A stretch of 64,000 nt of DNA from assembly GCA_041906765.1 (NCBI GenBank), contig JAYRIP010000005.1, forward strand, positions 65,581 through 129,580. Reading direction: 5' to 3'. Position 1 is the first letter of the stretch. Each line of letters opens with the position of its first letter. The stretch comes from Candidatus Saccharimonadales bacterium (GTDB taxonomy: Bacteria; Patescibacteriota; Saccharimonadia; Saccharimonadales; JAYRRP01). Below, one piece after another: positions 1-11,502 of the stretch. The position numbers and the translations under genes were made by a program. A model generated the notes under the pieces. That model ran no database searches and was not told where the DNA came from. It saw only the letters and a list, made by a program, of their open reading frames with translations.

Positions 1-773
1 AGAATAATGACATCCTCAGTTTTGCCCAAACACATCATATTGCCTACCGTTTTGTGCCGGGCAATACAGAACTGTTCGTCGGTAAATTGGCTGTGGAGCT
101 TTTTCGCTCCTCGATACCAGTAATTGCCGTGCATCAAACTCCCCTGATCGGATGGGGGCAAGTAGCGAAACGTCTTTTCGATCTTATAGTTTCTGCTTTA
201 TTACTGATACTACTCTCGCCGCTGTTACTAATTATCGCTTTAGCAAATAAATTATTTGGTGGCGGTACAGTGTTTTTTCGCCAAACCCGTCTTACTCGTT
301 ACAATCAACGTTTTACAGTATTAAAATTCCGCACACAATATCAGCGATATGACGGCACATCACCCGAACAGGCCTTTGCCATAATGGGTAAGCCTGAGTT
401 GGCCGAGCGTTACCGGCAAAATGGTGATTATCTCTCGAAAGATCCACGGGTTACTTCAATTGGTCGTATCTTACGTAAAACCAGCCTCGACGAGTTACCG
501 CAGCTTTTCAACGTATTGAAAGGAAGCCTTAGCTTAGTAGGGCCACGCGCTCTGGTGCCCGAAGAGCTGGAGATGTATGCCAAAAAACATGCTATCTTGA
601 GTGTGAAGTCGGGTCTAACCGGCCTTGCCCAAGTATCCGGCCGACGTGATATCAACTTCGAGGAACGGCGTAAGTTGGATGTATATTACGTACAAAATTG
701 GACGTTTTGGCTGGACATTATCATTCTGCTAAAAACAGTGAAGATTATATTTTCTGGCCAAGGAGCGAAATGA
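1..773 (+). CDS. polyprenyl-phosphate sugar-phosphate transferase (bacterial sugar transferase family, WbaP/CpsE-like); 5' end lies outside window
   Basis: The frame of the listed 54..773 ORF stays open back to nt 3, so the gene is cut by the window edge. It has a TM helix ([21 protein letters not shown]) followed by the family signature [27 protein letters not shown] ... [11 protein letters not shown]. Confidence 0.85.
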   Translation, partial: NNDILSFAQTHHIAYRFVPGNTELFVGKLAVELFRSSIPVIAVHQTPLIGWGQVAKRLFDLIVSALLLILLSPLLLIIALANKLFGGGTVFFRQTRLTRYNQRFTVLKFRTQYQRYDGTSPEQAFAIMGKPELAERYRQNGDYLSKDPRVTSIGRILRKTSLDELPQLFNVLKGSLSLVGPRALVPEELEMYAKKHAILSVKSGLTGLAQVSGRRDINFEERRKLDVYYVQNWTFWLDIIILLKTVKIIFSGQGAK

Positions 774-1885
774 ACACCTCGCGCAAGGTCGCAATCGTTT
801 GTGATTGGTTGACTAATATCGGCGGCGCCGAACGCGTGGTGTTAGAGCTGCATCACATGTTCCCTGAGGCTCCGATTTATACATCGCAATACGACCCTAT
901 CGCACTACCTTGGTTTAAGAATGCTGACGTCCGAACCACATGGCTGCAAAAGCTACCAAAAAGTTTGCGCAAATTCCTACCAATCCTACGTGCTCGAACT
1001 TTTAGCCGCCTCAACTTATCCGATTATGACCTGGTGATTTCTTCCAGTGGCGCTGAAGCGAAGGCGGTAAGAACAGGTCCTCATACTACGCACATATGCT
1101 ACTGCCACGCCCCAACCCACTACTACTGGGATCGCTACGAAGCCTACTTAAAAGAGCCGGGGTTTGGTTGGCTCAATCCTATTGCCCGCCTGGGCCTAAA
1201 AATCTTCGCACGGCCAATGAGACAGTGGGACAAACGAGCAGCTAATCGTCCTGATTTTATGGTGGCGAACTCAACACACACCAAAGAAATGATAAAAAAA
1301 TACTATGGTCGAAAATCAACTGTCGTATATCCGCCCGTAGAAGTGGACCGATTTCGCGGCAACCAAAATAATTCCCGTCACGGATTTGTCATAGCCGGAA
1401 GACAAGTGCCATACAAACGATTCGATCTCGCAGTTGCTGCCTGTACCAAACTAGACATGCCCCTCACTGTTATCGGCAACGGTCCCCAGCATAAGGCCTT
1501 ACGCGCTTTGGCAGGACCGTCTGTTACCTTTATTACACAAGCAAACGACAAAGAAGTCGCCAACTACTTTAGCCATGCTCAAGGGTTTATCTTCCCCGGT
1601 ATTGATGATTTCGGTATCGTTGCAGTCGAAGCACTCGCTGCTGGCACGCCGGTAATAGCTTATAAAGGTGGAGGAGCACTTGATTATGTCGTGCCAGGTA
1701 AAACCGGTGATTTCTTTGACTCGCTCACTGTAGAAAGTTTATCAACAGCTCTACAAAGATTTAAAACGAGCATATGCACACCTTCACAGATCGCAAAGCA
1801 TGCCCAACAGTTTTCGGCAGACCACTTTCGCACTCAAATGAGTAAAACCATTGCAGCATTTGAAAAACAACGGTTAAATCAATAA
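770..1885 (+). CDS. glycosyltransferase family 4 (GT-B fold)
   Basis: The ATG at 770 overlaps the upstream TGA (ATGA). The ORF-track start at 698 lies inside the upstream gene. N-terminus is KVAIVCDWLTNIGGAERV, and the C-terminal nucleotide-sugar binding region is FIFPGIDDFGIVAVEALAAGTPVIAYKGGGALDYV. Confidence 0.8.
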   Translation: MNTSRKVAIVCDWLTNIGGAERVVLELHHMFPEAPIYTSQYDPIALPWFKNADVRTTWLQKLPKSLRKFLPILRARTFSRLNLSDYDLVISSSGAEAKAVRTGPHTTHICYCHAPTHYYWDRYEAYLKEPGFGWLNPIARLGLKIFARPMRQWDKRAANRPDFMVANSTHTKEMIKKYYGRKSTVVYPPVEVDRFRGNQNNSRHGFVIAGRQVPYKRFDLAVAACTKLDMPLTVIGNGPQHKALRALAGPSVTFITQANDKEVANYFSHAQGFIFPGIDDFGIVAVEALAAGTPVIAYKGGGALDYVVPGKTGDFFDSLTVESLSTALQRFKTSICTPSQIAKHAQQFSADHFRTQMSKTIAAFEKQRLNQ

Positions 1886-1909
1886 CTTATCGAAGAGGCT
1901 GAATAGACC

Positions 1910-3750
<1,841 letters not shown>

Positions 3751-3751
3751 T

Positions 3752-4327
3752 ATGGCCGAGTTTGATCCAAACGATTATCAAAAATTAGTTGTCAATGAAA
3801 CAAAAATTCCTGGTTTGCTAGAAATCGACCTCGCAGTGCATGGTGATAACCGGGGCTGGTTTAAAGAAAACTATCAACAAGAGAAACTTCGTGAACTTGG
3901 CTTGCCAGAAGATTTTAAAGTAGTTCAGAACAATATATCTTTCAATGAAAAAGCTGGTGTTACCCGTGGGATACATGCCGAACCATGGGAGAAATTCATA
4001 TCTATCGGCTTTGGCAGGGTATTTGCCGCTATCGTGGACTTTCGGCAAGGGGATAACTTTGGCACAGTAGAAACTTTCGAACTGGATCCTGGAAAAGCCA
4101 TATTCGTACCACGCGGATGTGGCAATTCTTTCCAGACATTGGAACCAAATACGGTATATACCTATCTCGTGAATGAACACTGGTACCCTGAGGCGCAATA
4201 TACACTGGTAAACCTAGGTGATAAGCAACTCGGCATCAACTGGCCCATTCCACTCGACCAAGCTGAGGTATCCGAAAAAGACCGCAACCACCCCTCACTT
4301 GCCCAAATTAAGCCAATGGAATCCTAA
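3752..4327 (+). CDS. rfbC: dTDP-4-dehydrorhamnose 3,5-epimerase
   Basis: Cupin-fold RmlC motifs are present: HGDNRGWFKENYQ and GVTRGIHAEPWEKFISI. The gene lies immediately between rfbB and rfbD. Confidence 0.85.
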   Translation: MAEFDPNDYQKLVVNETKIPGLLEIDLAVHGDNRGWFKENYQQEKLRELGLPEDFKVVQNNISFNEKAGVTRGIHAEPWEKFISIGFGRVFAAIVDFRQGDNFGTVETFELDPGKAIFVPRGCGNSFQTLEPNTVYTYLVNEHWYPEAQYTLVNLGDKQLGINWPIPLDQAEVSEKDRNHPSLAQIKPMES

Positions 4328-4330
4328 TTC

Positions 4331-5188
4331 ATGAATCACAAACGACTACTTATACTCGGCGCTAATGGGCAGCTCGGTCGAGCCTTGCGAGCCAAATATC
4401 CTGATGCCCGCACAGCTGATATTCAGGAACTGGATATTAGTGATCCTCAATCTGTTGCTGCATATGACTGGAGCGCGGTTGGTACTATCCTTAACGCAGC
4501 CGCCTATACCAACGTTGACGGCGCGGAAACCCCAGAAGGAAGGCTAACAGCCTGGCAGGTCAATGCGATAGCTGTTGCCCACCTTGCCAAAGCCGCCTCG
4601 ACGCACAACCTTACGCTTGTGCACATATCAACCGATTACGTATTTGACGGGCAACAAAATCCCCACACCGAGAAAGAAGGTTTTTCTCCGCTGAGTGTGT
4701 ACGGTGCAAGCAAAGCTGCCGGAGATGTTGCTGCTTCAACGGTACAATCACATTATATTCTGCGCACCTCGTGGGTTATTGGTGAAGGCAAAAACTTTGT
4801 CCGCACAATGCTTGATATTGGTACCAAAGGGATATCACCAAAGGTGGTCAATGACCAAATAGGACGACTCACCTTCACATCCGAACTTGTTCGAGCCATT
4901 GACCATCTACTCACGCACAAGGTTGAGGCAGGTACATACAATGTATCAAACAGCGGTAAGCCAGCTTCTTGGGCAGAAATTACAAGAATAATTTTTCAGC
5001 TGGCTGGATATCACCAGTTATCAGTCACCGATACTTCTACTGACGAGTATTTTGCCGGCAAGGCTAATATTGCTCCGCGCCCTCTCCAGAGTACGCTTGA
5101 CCTGAACAAAATACACCAAACCGGCTTTGAGAGTCACGATTGGCACGAGGATCTACAAAAATATATCGCTAATCTAAAAAATCTTTAG
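4331..5188 (+). CDS. rfbD: dTDP-4-dehydrorhamnose reductase
   Basis: It has the Rossmann N-terminus LLILGANGQLGRAL, the motifs AAAYTNVDGAE and STDYVFDG, and the catalytic YGASKAAGD (YxxxK). It follows rfbBC in synteny. Confidence 0.85.
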   Translation: MNHKRLLILGANGQLGRALRAKYPDARTADIQELDISDPQSVAAYDWSAVGTILNAAAYTNVDGAETPEGRLTAWQVNAIAVAHLAKAASTHNLTLVHISTDYVFDGQQNPHTEKEGFSPLSVYGASKAAGDVAASTVQSHYILRTSWVIGEGKNFVRTMLDIGTKGISPKVVNDQIGRLTFTSELVRAIDHLLTHKVEAGTYNVSNSGKPASWAEITRIIFQLAGYHQLSVTDTSTDEYFAGKANIAPRPLQSTLDLNKIHQTGFESHDWHEDLQKYIANLKNL

Positions 5189-6877
5189 CGGTACTTGACC
5201 AATAGGATCAGCACCTGATGTCCAAAGACCTCCTGCGGTAGTTTGCCAGGTAGAGCTGATATAGCCACTATTATTAGGACCATATTGAGAAGCAGTATTG
5301 TTATAGCTTGCCTTCAGCATGCTTGGAGTTCCTATGGCGCTACTACCAATAGGTGAAGAGTACCAACCGCTGCCGACCGCCCATTGCCAACTTGTCATCA
5401 GTTGTCCATTCTCCGCTACGTAATAAATGCTCATCTCACCACTGTCCTCAATCATTACTGATACTCCAGAATTAGTCCGCACGGTATTCATAGGCACCCA
5501 CGGTCGCCATGTACTGCCTGGTGCCCACTGCCAAGTGTGGGAAATTCCTCCACTCGCATCTCGGGCAAACACAACACCAATACCTGATTTATTCATTATA
5601 AAACTGGGAGAACTTGTCAAGTTGCCTCCTAAGGCTGTCCATGGTGCCCAGCTTCCCCCTGGTGCGGTCTGCCATGTTGTCCAAAGTTGGTTATCCGAGC
5701 CACGCACAAATGCCCCTAATGACCCGTCAGTGGCGCGCATTACTTCTGGGTCACCAGCAAAGTTACCGCCTAAGCTGTACCACGGTGTCCAGGTACTGCC
5801 AATCTGCGGCTGCCAGGAATGAATGAGTTCACCGCGAGAGTTGCGGGCAAACAGCACACTGGAACCCATAATTGTTTTGTTTACTTCTAGGTTACTCGCA
5901 ATGTCGCCACCCAGATCTGCCCATAGCCATGTGCCGCTGCCCATTTCTGGTTGCCAGGCAGTATAGGCGTGATTATCCACACCACGAGCAAAGATAGCCT
6001 CTGCGCCGTTGCTCTCATTCACTAGTGCAATGGGTGCGCCGACTATCCGGATATCACCCAGTGGTACCCAGCCTTCCCAGCTACTGCCCGGTGAATTTTG
6101 CCAAGAAGTGTATACACGACCATCTGCGCCGCGCGTATAGGCCGCGCCCGTGCTGTTGGCACTCATGACTGTTGCCACCAAAGGCTGGCCATCTGGACAC
6201 CCATCTATACTGCCAGCAATAAGCGGGCACTTATCGACTGAATCTTGAACCCGATCACCATCCGAATCTGCTACAGGCGCAGCAGTGCTGCTGTATTTAT
6301 TTACCCCTGCTCCGTCAAAATCCACGTAAATGTCGGCACGTAAACGGCTGCGTGTACCGTAATTCCCATCCATACCGCGATTGTATTCACTCACATTCAC
6401 CGTACCGTCTGCGTTGACACTTTCTACAAATGCCACATGTCCACTGTTCCAGACTGCAGCATTACCTGGTTCAGGTACACTCGTTGTTCGATAACCCTTT
6501 GCCGCAGCATAGTCATCCCATGTATTGGCGTTACCAAGGCCAGTCGGGCTTTTCCCTAAGTAACCTTGCACTTTCCAAGCAACCCAATCAGTGCAGTTTC
6601 GATACCCATAGCCACGCGGAGAATTTTCAACTTTCGTAGTTAGATTACCCCACCGGTAACCACTGCACCAATATCCCGTCCCAGTGGTTTTCCCATAAGA
6701 AGAACCAGTTGTGATACAGGGCATGTTCCAGTCAGGGTATCCACCAGTATCCGCCGCTTTTGTTTTCGGCATATTTGCCAAATTCACTACCATCAAGGCA
6801 GTTGCGGTCATTAGTAAGAAAGTTATAAATAGCCGCCAGGATTTTGCAAAAGATTTAGGAGAATCGTTGGTCGCCAA
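5174..6877 (-). CDS. secreted/anchored CHAP-domain peptidoglycan hydrolase fused to a TSP3-like Ca-binding motif and a seven-repeat W-rich beta-propeller (lectin-like) domain
   Basis: It has an N-terminal hydrophobic anchor (WRLFITFLLMTATALMVVNL) and CHAP-like Cys/His elements (NCTDWVAWKV ... GHVAFVESV). The DSDGDRVQDSVDKCP segment resembles thrombospondin type-3 repeats. Seven repeats of about 45-50 aa follow, each with the pattern (Y/W)T.WQ..PG(S/G).W..W..LGG. Confidence 0.7.
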   Translation of the reverse strand: MATNDSPKSFAKSWRLFITFLLMTATALMVVNLANMPKTKAADTGGYPDWNMPCITTGSSYGKTTGTGYWCSGYRWGNLTTKVENSPRGYGYRNCTDWVAWKVQGYLGKSPTGLGNANTWDDYAAAKGYRTTSVPEPGNAAVWNSGHVAFVESVNADGTVNVSEYNRGMDGNYGTRSRLRADIYVDFDGAGVNKYSSTAAPVADSDGDRVQDSVDKCPLIAGSIDGCPDGQPLVATVMSANSTGAAYTRGADGRVYTSWQNSPGSSWEGWVPLGDIRIVGAPIALVNESNGAEAIFARGVDNHAYTAWQPEMGSGTWLWADLGGDIASNLEVNKTIMGSSVLFARNSRGELIHSWQPQIGSTWTPWYSLGGNFAGDPEVMRATDGSLGAFVRGSDNQLWTTWQTAPGGSWAPWTALGGNLTSSPSFIMNKSGIGVVFARDASGGISHTWQWAPGSTWRPWVPMNTVRTNSGVSVMIEDSGEMSIYYVAENGQLMTSWQWAVGSGWYSSPIGSSAIGTPSMLKASYNNTASQYGPNNSGYISSTWQTTAGGLWTSGADPIGQVPLKIF

Positions 6878-7061
6878 ATCAAAATCCTATCCCCCACCAG
6901 TAATTGTTACCTCTCCACCACTACGAACGACGGCCAGTATAGTCAGCGTGGCAGAGCCTATGCAAGCACAGCCGTTTTTCTTCTGTGGAAGCAATGTGGA
7001 AAAGCTGTGTACAGACGCCGCCTACTGGACTTGAGGAAGAGCGCTCTGTACTATTTATACT

Positions 7062-7919
7062 GTGAAAGGCATTATCCTCGCCGGTGGATCAGGCACACGA
7101 CTGTATCCTATTACCAAGGCAATATCCAAACAGCTCATGCCGATCTATGACAAGCCAATGGTTTATTACCCACTCAGCACGCTCATGAGCGCGGGCATTC
7201 AAGAAATTCTTATCATTACTACTCCTCATGACCAAGCCCAATTTCAACGGCTCTTGGGGGATGGATCTGATTGGGGCATACATCTCACCTATACCGCCCA
7301 GCCAAAACCTGAGGGCCTTGCTCAGGCCTTTCTTATTGGAGAAGAGTTTATTGGCAACGACAAAGTTGCACTTATCTTAGGTGACAATATCTTTTATGGA
7401 CACGGATTTAGCGAAAGTCTAAGTGAATGTACGAATCCAGATGGTGCAGTAATTTTTGCCTATCAAGTTTCGGATCCCGAGAGGTACGGTGTCGTAGAGT
7501 TTGACGAAAACATGCAGGCACAATCAATAGAGGAGAAGCCAACATCTCCGAAATCTAGTTACGCAGTCACTGGATTGTACTTCTACGATAATGATGTGGT
7601 TGAGATTGCCAAGAACGTTACTCCCAGTGGACGAGGCGAACTAGAAATAACAAGCGTGAACGAAGCTTACCTACACCGTGGCAAGTTGAAGGTACAGGTT
7701 ATGGATCGCGGTTCAGCCTGGCTTGATACCGGAACCTTTGGTTCGATGAGTGACGCTAGTGAATATATACGTGTAATTGAAAAACGGACAGGCCTTAAAA
7801 TTGGCTGTCCGGAAGAAGCTGCCTACCAACGCGGGTTCATCAGCAAAGAAAAGCTCATTGAGATCGCAAAACCCCTGGAAAAAAGCGGCTACGGTAAATA
7901 CCTATTACGTCTTCCTTAA
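7062..7919 (+). CDS. rfbA: glucose-1-phosphate thymidylyltransferase
   Basis: From the GTG start the N-terminus is [18 protein letters not shown], with LGDNIFYG and a typical RmlA C-terminal half (WLDTGT). Confidence 0.9.
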   Translation: MKGIILAGGSGTRLYPITKAISKQLMPIYDKPMVYYPLSTLMSAGIQEILIITTPHDQAQFQRLLGDGSDWGIHLTYTAQPKPEGLAQAFLIGEEFIGNDKVALILGDNIFYGHGFSESLSECTNPDGAVIFAYQVSDPERYGVVEFDENMQAQSIEEKPTSPKSSYAVTGLYFYDNDVVEIAKNVTPSGRGELEITSVNEAYLHRGKLKVQVMDRGSAWLDTGTFGSMSDASEYIRVIEKRTGLKIGCPEEAAYQRGFISKEKLIEIAKPLEKSGYGKYLLRLP

Positions 7920-8341
7920 GTATCTTCAGTGATTATTCGTTTCTTAAAGACAAAACTTCTGTAAATGAAGAAATTCCATAAAGAAGTAACCCCCATAGCT
8001 ATAAGTTTCCCTATATTAGGTTCAACACCAAAAGCATGGAGAGTTTCCACAATTATATTGGTGAGAATTAAATTTACACCAGCCAGAGCGATATAATAAG
8101 CAAACTGATGAGGTATTCTATTTTTATAGTTTCTACGATGAAAAGTCCATATTCTATTGAGAGTAAAGCTGGTGAGTAACCCTAAAATAAAGCTAAGGGA
8201 GTTCGCAACTATTAAGGGCATTCGCAGCACATTAAATCCAACAAAGAAACTAAAAAACTCTACACAGAATGCAAGTGTTCCCACAAGAAGAAACCTCAGA
8301 AAAGCTTCGTTTTTGAATAATTGAGCTGTTCGCTTTATCAT
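7916..8341 (-). CDS. GtrA-family small membrane protein (putative lipid-linked sugar flippase)
   Basis: It is 141 aa with four hydrophobic helices and a GtrA-like pattern ([16 protein letters not shown] ... NRIWTFH). It sits next to a GtrB-like GT2 and a large polytopic protein. Confidence 0.65.
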   Translation of the reverse strand: MIKRTAQLFKNEAFLRFLLVGTLAFCVEFFSFFVGFNVLRMPLIVANSLSFILGLLTSFTLNRIWTFHRRNYKNRIPHQFAYYIALAGVNLILTNIIVETLHAFGVEPNIGKLIAMGVTSLWNFFIYRSFVFKKRIITEDT

Positions 8342-8364
8342 AAGTACTCATAGATAATAGTACT

Positions 8365-10365
8365 ATGAAGAAGGTTAGGTCATCTATTTTAATGGCTAAA
8401 TTATTTACAAATAAACTAAAACAAAGATATAAATTAAGACAATCTCTTCAAAGTATCTGGTTTTTCCCTCTTATATGCCTAATGGGGGTTATTATCCTTA
8501 GTATTCTTCAAATAAGCGGGACTTCCGCAGGTATACATTACAAGGATCTTTATGGGCCATCGAGTAAAGACCCACACCTAATAGCTGGTAAACCACGTTC
8601 AATCCGTTCAGATGAATGGGAATGGATAAGTTTAATGACACAGTCACAGGCTAGGGCTCAATATCCTGCCACCAATAAAAGTGTTGGCAATGGCCAAGAC
8701 ATGCGCGTGATTGTTGATGTACCTTACAAAGATTGGTCAGTTATATTTAAACCCCAAAACTTGGGGTTTTTGCTATTGCCCTTTGAAATAGCTTTTGCTC
8801 TTAAATGGTGGCTTCTGGCTTATCTATTAGTTATGAGCGTATATTTTTTTGTAGATATATTATTACCTTCCCGTCGCTTACTAGCTGCTGGCTTAGCTAC
8901 TTACTTTTTCTTCAGTCCCTTTATATTTTGGTGGTACCAGAGTGCAACAATTATACCGATTGCGATGAGTCTTTTCATAATTGTAACCACGATTAAACTC
9001 TGGGAGGCATCTCGCGAACAGAAGCTTTGGTGGAGCTTGTTACTCGCCTACTGCTTGCTTTGTTTCAGTATTGTACTTTATCCACCATTTCAAATTCCGT
9101 GTGCTATTGCCGCGCTCACATTCTTGTTAGGGTATTTTTTAGAGAAGCGCTTCTTCAGAAAGAGTCTTATCAACCAAAATATACTCTACACCGGAGCTGC
9201 ACTATTTATATTTGCGCTCCTCACTTTTAGCTTTATATATACAAACCGCCAAGCCATTTCAGCCACAAGACAAAGTGTATATCCCGGCAAACGCATGGTG
9301 CTAAGTGGAGGATTTGACAAGCGAGCATTTTTTGCAAATTTCCTTGATTCCCAGCTGCAATCCGGTGCAAAAGCAAAGGGTTATATTGCTAATCAAAGTG
9401 AAGCCTCAAACTTTCTACTGCTTGCACCATTCCTAACTCTTCCCAGCCTATTTTTTTTGTTCCAACAAAAAAAGCGTGAAAAGCCTCTTGATTGGCCACT
9501 AGCTTTGGTTACGGCTTGTTTCTCGCTTTTCATTGTCCGGCTCTTTGTGCCGAGAACTGACATAATATTTAAAATATTACTCCTCGAAAGTGTACCCCAT
9601 GCGCGTCTGCTTATTGGTATCGGCCTTCTTAGTTTTATGCAGTTAGTGCTCATTATTAGGCACCTCAAGAAATACCAACCTACTCATACAATACTTATAG
9701 CCATCGTTACCAGTGCCTTTGCTTGCATTGTCAATATATGGATAGGCATATTAACCCGTCAACTATATCCTGCCTATATACACCAATGGTTTATTCTCAT
9801 TCCGTTAGCACTGTTGCCTGCTCTTATTATTCTGCTGCTATTGCTTCAAAAAACATATGCAGCCCTACTATTTTTGCTCATCTTTTCGCTTGGATCTACA
9901 GGCTTAATACATCCTCTGTATCGAGGACCCGGACCACTTTACCAGTCTAATATTGTAAAAAGTGTTTCGGCTATCCATCTACAAAATCCTAACTCCCGCT
10001 GGGCAGTTGTAGATAATCTCGTTTATGAAAACTTGGCAATTGCGGCAAATTCACCATCAGTTACTGGCATATATTCCTATCCACAAAACGATTTTTGGCG
10101 TCACTCTCCTGTCTCTGCCCAGACGGATACATATAACCGCTTTGCTCATACAATATCGAAATTCAGTAATAAGGAAGTTGCTCTACAGCTAAAGCAGGCA
10201 GATCTATTTGAAATTAGTGGTTCCCCTTGTTCGAGATTTTATGAAGAGATGGATGTTCGGTTCTTCATTGCAGAAAAAGACTATCAATCGACCTATAGTT
10301 GCCTCAAACTCCGTCAGAAAATTTCCTACCCAAATAAAACATTCTACATATTAGAGCGCAGCTAA
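8365..10365 (+). CDS. large polytopic membrane protein, putative GT-C-type extracytoplasmic glycosyltransferase (paralog A)
   Basis: It is 666 aa with many hydrophobic helices. It shares conserved blocks with 17542..19548: SIRSDEW, VGNGQ(D/N)M...DVPYK.WS..FKP.NL, YPPFQI, VPH(A/S)RLLIG.GLL, Y(S/T)YPQ and YNR(F/Y)AHT. The function is inferred only from topology and the GtrA/GtrB-like neighbours. Confidence 0.4.
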   Translation: MKKVRSSILMAKLFTNKLKQRYKLRQSLQSIWFFPLICLMGVIILSILQISGTSAGIHYKDLYGPSSKDPHLIAGKPRSIRSDEWEWISLMTQSQARAQYPATNKSVGNGQDMRVIVDVPYKDWSVIFKPQNLGFLLLPFEIAFALKWWLLAYLLVMSVYFFVDILLPSRRLLAAGLATYFFFSPFIFWWYQSATIIPIAMSLFIIVTTIKLWEASREQKLWWSLLLAYCLLCFSIVLYPPFQIPCAIAALTFLLGYFLEKRFFRKSLINQNILYTGAALFIFALLTFSFIYTNRQAISATRQSVYPGKRMVLSGGFDKRAFFANFLDSQLQSGAKAKGYIANQSEASNFLLLAPFLTLPSLFFLFQQKKREKPLDWPLALVTACFSLFIVRLFVPRTDIIFKILLLESVPHARLLIGIGLLSFMQLVLIIRHLKKYQPTHTILIAIVTSAFACIVNIWIGILTRQLYPAYIHQWFILIPLALLPALIILLLLLQKTYAALLFLLIFSLGSTGLIHPLYRGPGPLYQSNIVKSVSAIHLQNPNSRWAVVDNLVYENLAIAANSPSVTGIYSYPQNDFWRHSPVSAQTDTYNRFAHTISKFSNKEVALQLKQADLFEISGSPCSRFYEEMDVRFFIAEKDYQSTYSCLKLRQKISYPNKTFYILERS

Positions 10366-10417
10366 CTGTTTTTTCTCCGGCATACGTTATAATTATGGAC
10401 AGTAGTGATGGCCTGTA

Positions 10418-11134
10418 GTGAGTAAACTAAGTAATATTTCCGCAGCACTTATTGTACCTGCCTATAATGAAGCGAGCGTTATTCATGATGTTATCGATCA
10501 GGTAAAGCAGGTGTTTATAGAGAGTGGGCTACAATTTGAGATTATTGTTGTGGATGACGGATCGGACGATAATACTGCAATCAAGGCCCAAGGTCCACAT
10601 GTTAAAGTTATTCGCCACATACTTAACGTAGGCAGCGGTGGAGCGACTGCTACAGGATTGAGTTATGCCCAGCAGAATAAGTTCACTCTTGCTGCCACAT
10701 TAGACGCTGATGGCCAGCATGATCCACAAGATGTCCTAGAAGGTATCAAACTTATCATAAAAGAAGGTGGAGATTTACTCATTGGGAGTCGTTTGATAAA
10801 TAACGAAGGCATGTCACGAGTTAAGTTGCTGGGCAATCGAGGCCTAAGCTTTATAACGTATATGCTCTTTGGTATTAAAGTAACAGACTCTCAATCAGGT
10901 TTAAGGATTTTCTCAAAAAGAGCTCTTGATAATCTTCGTTGGAAGACTAGTGGCTATGAATATTGTTCCGAAATGTTATGGCGAGCAAAACAGCAAGGAA
11001 TGAATATCAGAGAATACCCTATAAAAACTATTTATACTGATTATTCAAAAGCGAAGGGTCAAAGTAACTGGAATGCATTCAATATATTGCGAAGTTTGCT
11101 TGAGAGAAGGATACTGGAGATTTTCGGTGAGTAG
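10418..11134 (+). CDS. glycosyltransferase family 2, GtrB/dolichyl-phosphate-sugar synthase-like (polyprenyl-phosphate glycosyltransferase)
   Basis: It starts at a GTG. The N-terminus is ALIVPAYNEASVI, with a DDGSDDNT (DxD-type) motif, DADGQHDP, and the family size of about 240 aa. Confidence 0.8.
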   Translation: MSKLSNISAALIVPAYNEASVIHDVIDQVKQVFIESGLQFEIIVVDDGSDDNTAIKAQGPHVKVIRHILNVGSGGATATGLSYAQQNKFTLAATLDADGQHDPQDVLEGIKLIIKEGGDLLIGSRLINNEGMSRVKLLGNRGLSFITYMLFGIKVTDSQSGLRIFSKRALDNLRWKTSGYEYCSEMLWRAKQQGMNIREYPIKTIYTDYSKAKGQSNWNAFNILRSLLERRILEIFGE

Positions 11135-11480
11135 GTACCTCATATTAATATTGCTGAACCTACCGTTGGTGATAATAGGTTTTGCAAGTAGTGTTGTTTC
11201 TTATAAAGTTGGACGGATTAATAAACGGCGATTCATTGTACGAGCAGCTATTTGGTTAATAATAGCAGCGGGATTAATATTTTCCGGACCGTTATACGCT
11301 TTCTTATTTTCTAATAACCTTACCCAAACTGAGCCTTTAAGTCTGTTTGACGTTATACAAATAACTGGTATTATCTTTACATTCTTGATTGCAAACCAGG
11401 CGTTTACAAAAGCTGACGCGATGGAGCGGAAGCTCAATGATCTTCATCAAGAAATCTCAATAAAGCTTTCTGGTGAGTAG
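11127..11480 (+). CDS. small membrane protein (DUF2304-like, commonly paired with GtrB-like GT2)
   Basis: The GTG at 11127 overlaps the upstream stop by 8 nt. The ORF-track start at 11073 lies inside the GT2 gene. It has three or four hydrophobic helices and then a short coiled C-terminus. The family assignment is from memory of gene neighbourhoods and is not verified. Confidence 0.4.
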   Translation: MSRYLILILLNLPLVIIGFASSVVSYKVGRINKRRFIVRAAIWLIIAAGLIFSGPLYAFLFSNNLTQTEPLSLFDVIQITGIIFTFLIANQAFTKADAMERKLNDLHQEISIKLSGE

Positions 11481-11502
11481 CAGTCCTAGTTAACCAAAAC
11501 TG

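Noticed and set aside
54-773. Listed start codon (GTG at 54) for the first ORF
   Set aside because: The frame is open all the way to nt 3 with no upstream stop. Family members also have additional N-terminal TM segments, so the gene is truncated by the window edge rather than starting at 54.
8342-8364. 23-nt divergent spacer (AGTACT-N11-AGTACT) between the GtrA-like gene and polytopic paralog A as a shared operator/leaderless promoter
   Set aside because: A GATAAT-like hexamer 6 nt before ATG 8365 is suggestive. However, no -35 element is evident, and nothing comparable was found for the opposite gene. I did not include it among the leaderless examples.
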